Notes: generated by a model from the sequence alone, not told the origin. A stretch of 37,740 bases of DNA from a virus (IMGVR_UViG_2778261277_000009:1-37740); one strand, 5' to 3'. Shown: positions 10,300 to 18,798, numbered from the stretch's first letter. Made by a program: numbers and translations.

Positions 10300-11484
10300 T
10301 CAAGCCTTAAGAGGCTTTGTGTATGTTCGTGTAATCCAACCAGTAATAAACTCATCCCCTGATTTAACCTGCACGTAAAGCCATTGACGATCTTTCTTAT
10401 CTAAAATAGCAACAATTGTGTTTTTGCCAATGCATTCAATCACTTCACTATTTAAAGAAGGACTGACATGTAATCTTACGTTATCACCAGTTATAAACCT
10501 AAAACCATTGAGATCTTCCCACTTAATTTCTGTGTTTTCTTTAATTAATTTTTGTTTTGATATTGGTGCATCCTCATATAGGGATACAGAATATGATTCT
10601 GTCTTGTGTATTTGCGATAAGATTTGTTCTTTTGCATAATCAGCAATAGCGCCAAGCACCACTTCTGTTAAAAGCCACATAATAATAAACTGAAGCGGGT
10701 GAGGGAGCGACTTAAATGAATCAATGAACGTCGAACTGGATTTATTTAATCCTTTGTCTTGAACATCACTTTCGTTGTGAGATGTTTCAATAGCACCTTC
10801 GACATAAGCCTGTGCAATTGATGAAAGACTTTGCTCCATTATTTGATGTAATGAAGCCTTTTGCGCTAGGGTATATTGTTTTAATGATTCTTTTATTTCA
10901 TTGTTTAAATCTATCTTATGACTTACATTTTGTCGCAATTCATTAAGTATTGCTTGCATGTTATTTAAACCAGCTTGCTTATTAAGCATCTCGAACTGGT
11001 TTCGTAACGGCATAGCAATTTCTGCCTGCTTCCTTAGCATTTGAATGTATTTATTTGCATCATGCGGGGGATAAACCTTGGCCTGTTTCTGTAGAATTTC
11101 AAGAAATTCACGATGCTTGCTATTTATTCTTCTCAAGCTCGTCATGTTCGCAAGCTGTTTTTTAACAGAATCACTAAGTAACGATTGCAAATTCAATCTT
11201 GCTATTTGTTCTTGAGCTAGCCGCCCTATTCTTAACTGTTCTTGCAAGTTTGCCATATGTTCTCTATACGATGGAATGATTGCGTTTTTTTGCAGTTCTG
11301 CCAACTGTCTAACCAAATTATTAGAAGCATATTCTGATTTTAATAAATCACTTGCCGATGTATATCCTGGCATTTTGATTTTACTTAAATTATCACGCCA
11401 GGTAATATTTGAATCTCTATTATAGAGATCGCTTACTGAGCCAAGTGCAAGTTTTTTAATATCCTTCACTTTATTCACCGTCAT
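10300..11484 (-). CDS. coiled-coil membrane protein with C-terminal SH3b-like domain (function unknown)
   Basis: 394-aa ORF in a low-GC island; long Q/L/K-rich heptad region, one hydrophobic helix (FIIMWLLTEVVLGAIADYA), C-terminal segment ending GDEFITGWITRTYTK that resembles bacterial SH3 domains. Confidence 0.5.
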   Translation of the reverse strand: MTVNKVKDIKKLALGSVSDLYNRDSNITWRDNLSKIKMPGYTSASDLLKSEYASNNLVRQLAELQKNAIIPSYREHMANLQEQLRIGRLAQEQIARLNLQSLLSDSVKKQLANMTSLRRINSKHREFLEILQKQAKVYPPHDANKYIQMLRKQAEIAMPLRNQFEMLNKQAGLNNMQAILNELRQNVSHKIDLNNEIKESLKQYTLAQKASLHQIMEQSLSSIAQAYVEGAIETSHNESDVQDKGLNKSSSTFIDSFKSLPHPLQFIIMWLLTEVVLGAIADYAKEQILSQIHKTESYSVSLYEDAPISKQKLIKENTEIKWEDLNGFRFITGDNVRLHVSPSLNSEVIECIGKNTIVAILDKKDRQWLYVQVKSGDEFITGWITRTYTKPLKA

Positions 11485-11977
11485 CTTGCTTTAAACATCC
11501 ATCATTTTTAGCTTCCTTGTAAATACTTGAAATTCCATCAAGAGAGAATGATGTAATTCGACGCGATCCGATATATACATCCATGTTTTTTTCTTTTGTG
11601 GCTGACGCTGACTTCCAAAAAGAATACCATTCCCTACGATTTGGAGCAGTGTTTTGCGTACCAATATTAAAGCTATCCGGACCAACAATTAAGGTAATTA
11701 CATCAGCTTTACGAGAAATTGTGTCGCGTGTAGAAAAATCAGCATTCTCTTTCCCTCCACTTACATACAAATTTCTTCCAGCTATATGATCTTCGGAACC
11801 TTCCCTTGCTCCAGCATCACAAGAAAAGTTAATTGTATAACCATCGTCATTGGTTGCAGAGATTTCTCTCCACCCTTGCTCACCTCCTACCGTCCAAACG
11901 GTAGAACCTGCCATTGCTGATAATGGCAGAAAAGAGGACATTAATAAAAAGCTATACAATGACTTATATAATTTCAT
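11471..11977 (-). CDS. secreted/periplasmic protein with signal peptide (function unknown)
   Basis: 168-aa ORF; N-terminus MKLYKSLYSFLLMSSFLPLSAMA is a classic signal peptide; AAGGA SD 8 nt upstream; low GC. Confidence 0.5.
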   Translation of the reverse strand: MKLYKSLYSFLLMSSFLPLSAMAGSTVWTVGGEQGWREISATNDDGYTINFSCDAGAREGSEDHIAGRNLYVSGGKENADFSTRDTISRKADVITLIVGPDSFNIGTQNTAPNRREWYSFWKSASATKEKNMDVYIGSRRITSFSLDGISSIYKEAKNDGCLKQDDGE

Positions 11978-12065
11978 ATTTTTATCCTTTTTGTTTTAGA
12001 TATTATAGGCATAGTCCATATTGTTAGATCCACTATGCCCAGAGAATTTAATATTATTCATTAAA

Positions 12066-12557
12066 TTATGGAGCTACACCCGGCCCCCTGGCTCGTTCTT
12101 CAAGCGTACCCTGCACGTTTTGATGGCGCATTCCTGGGGCATTTCTGATTGAGTCAATGCCATTTCTTCCAACATCTTCTTTATTAACGGCATTGCTCGC
12201 CACCAGCACACCCCAGCTAGGGATAGCAAAATCAGGAGCGGTTTCGCATGCCTTTACCATATAATCGAAAGTGCTTCGATTGATCTCATTTGCATCGGGG
12301 TTTAATAGGCGAGAATATTGGTATTTAGCATTTGCGTTGGTTGAGACTTTATACAGTTCCTGCTGCACCATCGCTTCAGAAAGTTTAAGGCGCTTCATAT
12401 CTGACAGTAACTTCTTGCGCATGGATTCGTCTTCACTGACAGCAAATCCGTAAACGTGCCCAAGGTATTTCGTATAATCGGTACAAATCTCCTTTACGCT
12501 TGATGCTGCATTAACAGTCCCAGCCATAAATAATAACGGTAGTAATAGTTTTCTCAT
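12066..12557 (-). CDS. secreted protein with Sit-like C-terminal motif (candidate superinfection-exclusion factor)
   Basis: Start chosen at the ATG with a GGTGAGG SD (MRKLLLPLLFMAGTVNA signal peptide); C-terminal IDSIRNAPGMRHQNVQGTLEERARG matches two motifs near the Sit C-terminus. Confidence 0.5.
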   Translation of the reverse strand: MRKLLLPLLFMAGTVNAASSVKEICTDYTKYLGHVYGFAVSEDESMRKKLLSDMKRLKLSEAMVQQELYKVSTNANAKYQYSRLLNPDANEINRSTFDYMVKACETAPDFAIPSWGVLVASNAVNKEDVGRNGIDSIRNAPGMRHQNVQGTLEERARGPGVAP

Positions 12558-12653
12558 TATAACCTCACCTGCCTTATAACTCATTTAGGGTACATATTTT
12601 CGCCTTTAAAAAAAAGAGGTTATTAGATCCAATTGTGCATTTATTAAACAAAC

Positions 12654-12670
12654 AATGCTCTAATAAATTT
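12654..12670 (+). promoter_or_regulatory. C1 repressor operator (Op51-like) in the divergent region before c4/icd/ant
   Basis: AATGCTCTAATAAATTT, 16/17 match to the P1 C1 operator consensus ATTGCTCTAATAAATTT. Confidence 0.7.
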
Positions 12671-12842
12671 GTATTTTTAAGTCACGAATGCTATCTTTTC
12701 GCATCATATTGACCTTTTAATCGTTCAGGCTTATAGTTCCGCCGTCGTAGCAAATTCTGCGACCAGGTTTGACAGCCTGAATGATTGTGCGGACAACCGC
12801 AGATTTCCGATATTGCGGTATTTTTGTGTCCGTTAAACCGCG

Positions 12843-12945
12843 TTACGCCCAAATTATGGTGGGGCGTGATGGGGAGGCTTCGGCCTGCTGGTTTCACAAT
12901 CGCCAGTCTGTCAACCCTGTCACGTCCTGCCACCTGTTTGACAGC
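12843..12945 (+). ncRNA. c4: c4 antisense repressor RNA region (approximate boundaries)
   Basis: Several hairpins upstream of icd; one loop (UUCACAAUCG, 12890-12899) is complementary to GAUUGUGA at the icd ribosome-binding site (12968-12975). Position matches P1 c4. Confidence 0.4.
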
Positions 12946-12984
12946 GGGTAGCAGGTTGTTAAACCTGATTGTGAGGCCGTAACT

Positions 12985-13206
12985 ATGGTTAATGCCAATC
13001 CTTGCGCACGCCAAGAATTCATCTGGCGTTTCTATTCCTGTAAAAAACACCACTATCACTTCGTTATCGCAGCAACAGAAGACGAAGCACGCTCTCAATT
13101 GCCTGACGGCCCCTGCATTTTTACTGCCCGTTTTTCAACTAACTCGCGCAATTCACTTAGTTACTGGAGCCTCCCCTTCTCTGCCGACGTTCAGGGGGGT
13201 TTATGA
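12985..13206 (+). CDS. icd: Icd-like small protein
   Basis: 73-aa ORF whose stop overlaps the ant ATG (ATGA at 13203-13206); GAGG SD upstream. Confidence 0.55.
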   Translation: MVNANPCARQEFIWRFYSCKKHHYHFVIAATEDEARSQLPDGPCIFTARFSTNSRNSLSYWSLPFSADVQGGL

Positions 13207-14246
13207 AAAAACCTCTCGTCACCCGTAATGACATAGCCGAAGCGATCGCCCTGCATACTGCCTGTATGCCGACACGGGAGATCCCCGGCGCAATTGCCAA
13301 CTATTTCATGATAACCAGACGTTTTTATACCCGAACAGATAAGGCTGTGATCAACAAGCTACTGATAGCCGAGATCAGGGATTATTTGATTGAACAAGGA
13401 CGTCTACGTTACGCAACAGTGGCAGCAGAAATGAGAAAGGAGGCACATAGAATGACCGGTAATAATTTGAATGTTGAAAAAACAGCACCTGTTACGTCAG
13501 CTACGCCAGCACCAGCCGTGAATATCATCCCCAACACCGGAGACACAATCGACAGCCTGACACTGTTAAAGATGGTCAATGAAGCGCGTAAGTTATGTGG
13601 GGAACCAGAGGTTCGGAACAACAAATTCATCGAAAAAATACTCGACGAATTAGAAGGTGAGGACGGTTACACAAAAAGTGCAACCGTGCCGCCAGGTGGC
13701 GGTACGCCTATGGTTGTCATAACCATGACCTACAAACAAGCCCTGCGAGTCGCCGCACGCGAATCAAAAGCCGTCCGCCGTTTGCTGATCGACAAACTGG
13801 AAGAATTGCAGCAGGCAAACTCCCCTGCCCCATCGATCCCCCAAACATTACCAGAAGCTCTACGCCTGGCTGCCGAGTTGGCAGAACAGAAAATGCAGCT
13901 GGAACAACAGCTGGTGGCCGCAGCCCCTAAAGTCGATTTTGCCGACCGGGTATCAGTGGCCAATGGAATCCTGATCGGGAACTTTGCAAAGGTCGTTGGA
14001 CTTAAGCAAAACGCCCTTTTCTCATGGTTGCGCCAGAACGGCATTCTCATGGCTTTTGGTGCGCGCAAAAACGTACCGCGCCAACAGTACATCAACGCCG
14101 GGTATTTCACGGTGAAAGAAGTGGTGCTGGATGATGAAAATGGCTACCAGATACGGCTGACGCCCCAATTAACGGGTAAAGGCCAGCAGTGGTTAACTCG
14201 CAAGCTACTTGATGCTGGTTTGTTAAAACCAGTAGCAATAGGTTAA
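13203..14246 (+). CDS. ant1: antirepressor Ant (KilAC/ANT C-terminal domain)
   Basis: 347-aa ORF; C-terminal domain (LPEALRLAAELAEQK...GKGQQWL) is paralogous to the KilA C-terminus in the next operon. Confidence 0.8.
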   Translation: MKKPLVTRNDIAEAIALHTACMPTREIPGAIANYFMITRRFYTRTDKAVINKLLIAEIRDYLIEQGRLRYATVAAEMRKEAHRMTGNNLNVEKTAPVTSATPAPAVNIIPNTGDTIDSLTLLKMVNEARKLCGEPEVRNNKFIEKILDELEGEDGYTKSATVPPGGGTPMVVITMTYKQALRVAARESKAVRRLLIDKLEELQQANSPAPSIPQTLPEALRLAAELAEQKMQLEQQLVAAAPKVDFADRVSVANGILIGNFAKVVGLKQNALFSWLRQNGILMAFGARKNVPRQQYINAGYFTVKEVVLDDENGYQIRLTPQLTGKGQQWLTRKLLDAGLLKPVAIG

Positions 14247-14259
14247 CAAAAGAAAAAAA

Positions 14260-14284
14260 CCTGCCAGCAAACTGGCAGGTTTCT
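14260..14284 (+). terminator. rho-independent terminator after ant
   Basis: CCTGCCAG-caaa-CTGGCAGG stem-loop followed by TTTCT. Confidence 0.6.
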
Positions 14285-14324
14285 GAGCAGATCGTCCAAC
14301 CCGATCTGGATCGGGTCAGAAAAA

Positions 14325-14341
14325 TTTGCTCTAATAAATTT
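14325..14341 (+). promoter_or_regulatory. C1 operator (Op53-like) before kilA-repL
   Basis: TTTGCTCTAATAAATTT, 16/17 to consensus, 70 nt upstream of the kilA ATG. Confidence 0.7.
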
Positions 14342-14410
14342 CGTTTTCTAAGTGCAAAGAATCACCATTTCGAGCTGGTGATTGAAGGTTGATGCAAATT
14401 TGGAGAAAAA

Positions 14411-15211
14411 ATGCAACAAACATTCAATGCGGATATGAATATATCAAACCTTCATCAAAATGTCGATCCTTCAACCACTCTGCCCGTTATTTGTGGTGTT
14501 GAAATTACGACCGACCGCGCTGGCCGTTACAACCTTAATGCTCTACACAGAGCGAGCGGACTCGGTGCCCATAAAGCGCCAGCTCAATGGCTAAGAACGC
14601 TGTCAGCTAAACAGCTCATCGAAGAGCTTGAAAAAGAAACTATGCAGAATTGCATAGTTTCGTTCGAAGGCCGTGGCGGCGGCACTTTTGCCCATGAATT
14701 GCTCGCAGTGGAGTACGCTGGTTGGATTTCTCCCGCGTTTCGGCTGAAGGTAAACCAGACATTTATCGACTATCGAGCTGGAAGATTACAACCTGCTATT
14801 CCGAAGAGCCTCCCAGAAGCTCTCCGTTTGGCTGCCGACCTGGCAGAGCAAAAGCAACGGCTGGAGCAAAAAATGCTGATGGATGCACCTAAAGTCGAAT
14901 TCGCCGAACGCGTTGCTACCGCCAGCGGGGTTCTAATCGGCAACTATGCCAAAGTGCTCGGCCTGGGCCAAAACTATCTCTTCACCTGGTTGCGTGATAA
15001 CGGAATTCTGATCGCAACCGGTGAACGCAGGAACGTCCCCAAACAAGAATACATATCCCGTGGGTATTTCACCCTTAAAGAAACCGTGATCGATACAAGC
15101 AATGGAAGCAGGATTTCTTTCACGACTCGTATAACCGGCAAAGGTCAGCAGTGGCTGATGAAGCGATTGCTTGATGCTGGTGTGCTGGTACCTGTCGCGG
15201 CAACGCGCTAA
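14411..15211 (+). CDS. kilA: KilA (KilA-N DNA-binding domain plus KilAC domain)
   Basis: 266-aa ORF, TGGAG SD; C-terminal domain about 65% identical to the Ant C-terminus. Confidence 0.8.
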   Translation: MQQTFNADMNISNLHQNVDPSTTLPVICGVEITTDRAGRYNLNALHRASGLGAHKAPAQWLRTLSAKQLIEELEKETMQNCIVSFEGRGGGTFAHELLAVEYAGWISPAFRLKVNQTFIDYRAGRLQPAIPKSLPEALRLAADLAEQKQRLEQKMLMDAPKVEFAERVATASGVLIGNYAKVLGLGQNYLFTWLRDNGILIATGERRNVPKQEYISRGYFTLKETVIDTSNGSRISFTTRITGKGQQWLMKRLLDAGVLVPVAATR

Positions 15212-15240
15212 CAGACGTAGTAAGAACCACCAGCATTGTA

Positions 15241-16086
15241 ATGCTGGCTAAAGTCACTTTCCTGAGCTGTATAACGATGAGCGATTTTACTTTTTCTGGC
15301 TATGAATTGGCCTGCTTTGTAACACACTCCGGTCTATCCCGTAGCGCCGGGCATATCCTGTCGCAATGTGCAAATCTCGCGGCAACAACCAGTGAATACT
15401 TCATTCACAAGCCTCACCGCCTGATCGCGGCAGAAACTGGTTATAGCCAATCAACCGTCGTTCGTGCATTCCGTGAAGCTGTAAACAAAGGAATCCTGTC
15501 TGTAGAGATTGTTATCGGCGATCACCGTGAACGTCGCGCTAACCTGTACCGGTTTACACCATCCTTTTTGGCCTTCGCACAACAAGCCAAAAATGCGCTG
15601 ATTGAAAGCAAATTAAAGATCTCTTCAGCCGCAACCAAGGTTAAAGCTGTTCTCGCTAAGACATTGGCTTTATTTGATTTTTTATCCACACCCCCATGTC
15701 AAAATGATACCCCCTCCCCCTGTCAGGATGACGTGGCAATAAAGAATAAGAAGTCACAAATTAAAAAAACAAAAAGATCAGTTTCCGGCGGTGCCGGAAC
15801 GACCAGACTCAAAAAATTGACTTCATGGATCGCTGAGGCAAAAGCAAAGGCTGACAATCTGCGGTTATCCAAAAAACGCGCTCAAAAACATGAGTTCAAG
15901 CAGAAAGTAGAGGCGGCAGCGCGGAAATATACTTACCTGAAGAACAAGCGTTCTCCTGATATTAGCGGGATATCAAACTTCGATAATCTGCCGCATTGCA
16001 TGACGGTAAACGAAGCTCTTAATGCGGTTTTAGCCAAAAATAAAGATAACGAAAAATGGGGTATACCGGCAGGATTCAGAGGGTGA
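15241..16086 (+). CDS. repL: lytic replication initiator RepL
   Basis: 281-aa ORF directly after kilA; basic C-terminal region; matches P1 RepL in position and size. Alternative start at the ATG at 15277. Confidence 0.75.
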   Translation: MLAKVTFLSCITMSDFTFSGYELACFVTHSGLSRSAGHILSQCANLAATTSEYFIHKPHRLIAAETGYSQSTVVRAFREAVNKGILSVEIVIGDHRERRANLYRFTPSFLAFAQQAKNALIESKLKISSAATKVKAVLAKTLALFDFLSTPPCQNDTPSPCQDDVAIKNKKSQIKKTKRSVSGGAGTTRLKKLTSWIAEAKAKADNLRLSKKRAQKHEFKQKVEAAARKYTYLKNKRSPDISGISNFDNLPHCMTVNEALNAVLAKNKDNEKWGIPAGFRG

Positions 16087-16349
16087 TAGATTGCTCTAAT
16101 CTGGAGTCACCTGGCATTTTCAGTTTGAGGTCGGAGATGCAATCTGATTTTTACAGTTAGCGATCACTTTTTGCAGGGCATCGTTGAGACATATCCATAT
16201 ATAAAAACCCAAAGCCAGATCAAAACTTGTACTGATAAAAACACAGCTAACCATCACAACTTGTAACGTTTATAATGAGTAAAAGAGTGATACATTGCTA
16301 CTTTTACATATTTTTTGACTTAATTCATGGATAGTAATGGAGATGCATA

Positions 16350-17405
16350 ATGACTTATGCTGGCACACAAACAGCAGATAACGCCGGGGATACCATGAAA
16401 TCGTATGCTATTTGGAATAATAAAGGTGGCGTAGGAAAGACCTACTTATCTTTCGCTATGGCCTGTGAATACGCAAGGCAAAATCCAGAAAAGCGTATTA
16501 TTTTTGCAGATATGTGCCCGCAGGCTAACTTATCTGAAATATTGCTCGGCGGTAACGGTACTGGTGCTGCTAACCTCGCGAGCTTAATTCAACAACGAAA
16601 AACTGTCGGTGGGTACTTTGACAGAAGAACTCGCAGCCCCCACATGCTTACCGGTTCAGAAACAAGTTTCTTAATTCATGTCTCTGAAATTAACGGGCAT
16701 GTCCCTGACAATGTATTTTTGATTGCAGGCGACCCAAGCCTGGAAGTTCAGGCGCAAGTAATCAATCAGTTAAGCAGCGTAAACTTACCAGTTGACTCAT
16801 GGAAAAGCATCCACCTGTGGCTACGAGATTTGCTTGTTGCATGTGCACAACAACAAGGTATCGAAGAAACCATTTGCTTTATTGATTGCAACCCCAGTTT
16901 CTCTGCCTATACCGAACTATCACTGATAGCAGCAAATGCAATTATAATACCTTGCTCAAGTGATGGTTCTTCGGCTCGAGCAGTGGATAACCTAAGCCAG
17001 TTGGTTTATGGCGTTGGAGTACAAAACGATTATCGTTCTGTTAACTTTTACGATCGGTGTCAACAGTTTGGTCTAGCGGTTCCTGTCATTCATTCTCTAG
17101 TTTTTAATCGTTCGACAGAGTATGACAAACGAGCAAGTAAAGCGTTTTCGGCAATGTTCGACGAAATCAGGGATAGAGCTGAAAATCTGCGGACGAATAA
17201 ACCAACAGCGTTCCAAGGCGGAAATTTAAAAACGTTTACTGTGCCAGATAACCATTCCGTAGCTATAGTATCTTCCCATCTAGGAAGACCTCTATTTGAT
17301 ATAAAACCAGGCAGATATCAGATCCATGATACTGAGCCACAAATCAATAATGAACCATTAGAAAGATATGGTGCAGCAATCGAACGTCTTGTTCAGAGTT
17401 TATAG
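16350..17405 (+). CDS. orphan ParA/MinD-family ATPase (deviant Walker A), no partner ParB
   Basis: Walker A NNKGGVGKT, A' IFADMCPQ, Walker B CFIDCNPS; alternative start at 16395 (MKSYAIWNNKGGVGKT) with a GGGGA SD; lower GC than the core. Confidence 0.7.
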   Translation: MTYAGTQTADNAGDTMKSYAIWNNKGGVGKTYLSFAMACEYARQNPEKRIIFADMCPQANLSEILLGGNGTGAANLASLIQQRKTVGGYFDRRTRSPHMLTGSETSFLIHVSEINGHVPDNVFLIAGDPSLEVQAQVINQLSSVNLPVDSWKSIHLWLRDLLVACAQQQGIEETICFIDCNPSFSAYTELSLIAANAIIIPCSSDGSSARAVDNLSQLVYGVGVQNDYRSVNFYDRCQQFGLAVPVIHSLVFNRSTEYDKRASKAFSAMFDEIRDRAENLRTNKPTAFQGGNLKTFTVPDNHSVAIVSSHLGRPLFDIKPGRYQIHDTEPQINNEPLERYGAAIERLVQSL

Positions 17406-17428
17406 TGGCTTATCTCACTCATAATGGC

Positions 17429-17465
17429 TAAAAAAAGGCTGCAACAGAGGTTGCAGCCTTTTTTA
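17429..17465. terminator. bidirectional rho-independent terminator between convergent genes
   Basis: A-run, GGCTGCAAC-agag-GTTGCAGCC, T-run. Confidence 0.75.
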
Positions 17466-17475
17466 TAAAATTACA

Positions 17476-17763
17476 TTAACAGACTGGTAGCGATAGTAAA
17501 TTATTATTCCATCGATTGTCTGCATACGTTCTAATAAACTGCCTTCCACCATTACCAGGATTAACAACCCCAACTTCTACACGATTACCTGCATTATCTG
17601 TTACATAGAATGTATGGAGATTATTATCAATAGCATTAATTACCTGCTCAACAGTCCATTTCCCATTGCTAGTATTAAATTGAGGACTTCCCACATGAGT
17701 AATATGCTCATGGATTGATTGCGAGCCGGAGAGGGTAATGCAAGTAATGCGTACATCAGCCAT
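17476..17763 (-). CDS. small DUF3892-like protein
   Basis: Start chosen at the ATG with an AAGGAAG SD (MADVRITCITLSG...NNLLSLPVC, 95 aa); the N-terminal extension in the ORF track looks spurious. Confidence 0.5.
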   Translation of the reverse strand: MADVRITCITLSGSQSIHEHITHVGSPQFNTSNGKWTVEQVINAIDNNLHTFYVTDNAGNRVEVGVVNPGNGGRQFIRTYADNRWNNNLLSLPVC

Positions 17764-18051
17764 ATATACTTCCTTTATTCTATAGATTATAGGAATTGCG
17801 TTGTCCAAAAAACAAACAACACAATAACAATAAAGAAACATACACACAACAAAAACTAACGCTATTTATTGATAGATTTGCCTGATGAATGCTAGCTCTC
17901 TTTGCTGCCTAGCACTCAAACAAATAACAGAAGAAAGCCCCAGATAACATTACGCGTCCTGCAAGACGCTTAACATTAATCTGAGGCCATATCCATGCTT
18001 AGCATATCTAGATTAACCCTCTCCCCTTTTAAGGAGCAAGGAATTTTACTG

Positions 18052-18648
18052 CTATGCCGCCTTTCCAGTTATGGATTCAGCGACAAGAACAACCCCATGC
18101 TTACTTCGATCTGGGTGTTCACTCCATATCTCAGATTCAGGAATACTTACCCCGTCATAGCAAACACGTTCGCCGTCAAACGGGTAATACTGAGCGGCAT
18201 CGGTGTCGAGGATAAACACTTTTAGCTCGGAAGAGCGACGGGCGATGTGTTGCCAAAGAGCTTTTCCACCTTCGTATTGCTCATTATCACTAAGCAAAAC
18301 AACACCAGCTTTTGAGGCTACGGTTTCGTAAACAAAAGTAGCTAAACCGACATCACGGACGGTTCCATCAACCACGATACCTTCAATCTGGGCAACATCG
18401 CTATCCTCCCAGAACTTCCTTACCAGTACGCCTTCAAGCTGCGGGCGACGTTGAAGTTCAAGAGTAGCGACAACCTTATGGCGCATATCACCATCGATAA
18501 CAGAAGGCGCAGCCTCTATTACAGCTGCAAATGGGGTTTTGGAATCCCATATAACCTGGTAAAGCACACCCTGGATGGTAACTCCGTCCAGGATCGAAAA
18601 TCGACGAGCGACAGTACCCGGGGAGTACGACATTGGAATCACAGCCAT
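18052..18648 (-). CDS. hypothetical protein, 198 aa
   Basis: Start chosen at the second ATG (MAVIPMSYSPG) with an AAAGGGGGA SD; operator-like site 18701-18716 upstream. Confidence 0.5.
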   Translation of the reverse strand: MAVIPMSYSPGTVARRFSILDGVTIQGVLYQVIWDSKTPFAAVIEAAPSVIDGDMRHKVVATLELQRRPQLEGVLVRKFWEDSDVAQIEGIVVDGTVRDVGLATFVYETVASKAGVVLLSDNEQYEGGKALWQHIARRSSELKVFILDTDAAQYYPFDGERVCYDGVSIPESEIWSEHPDRSKHGVVLVAESITGKAA

Positions 18649-18776
18649 TTTAGAGTCCCCCTTTAACAGTACAGGCACAAACATCTACCTCAATAATTGT
18701 AGTTTATTAGAACATTAATAATCTAACATAAAACTCCAGACAATGTTATCGATGCATGTTTATATAAAATAGTTAT

Positions 18777-18798
18777 AAAAAAAGCTCCCGCAGGAGCT
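18777..18798 (-). terminator. rho-independent terminator ending the minus-strand late operon
   Basis: GCTCC-cgca-GGAGC hairpin followed on the minus strand by a 7-T run. Confidence 0.65.

Noticed and set aside
16087-16103. ATTGCTCTAAT half-match to the C1 operator immediately after repL
   Set aside because: Only 11 of 17 positions match and the conserved TAAATTT half is missing; likely chance or a degenerate site.
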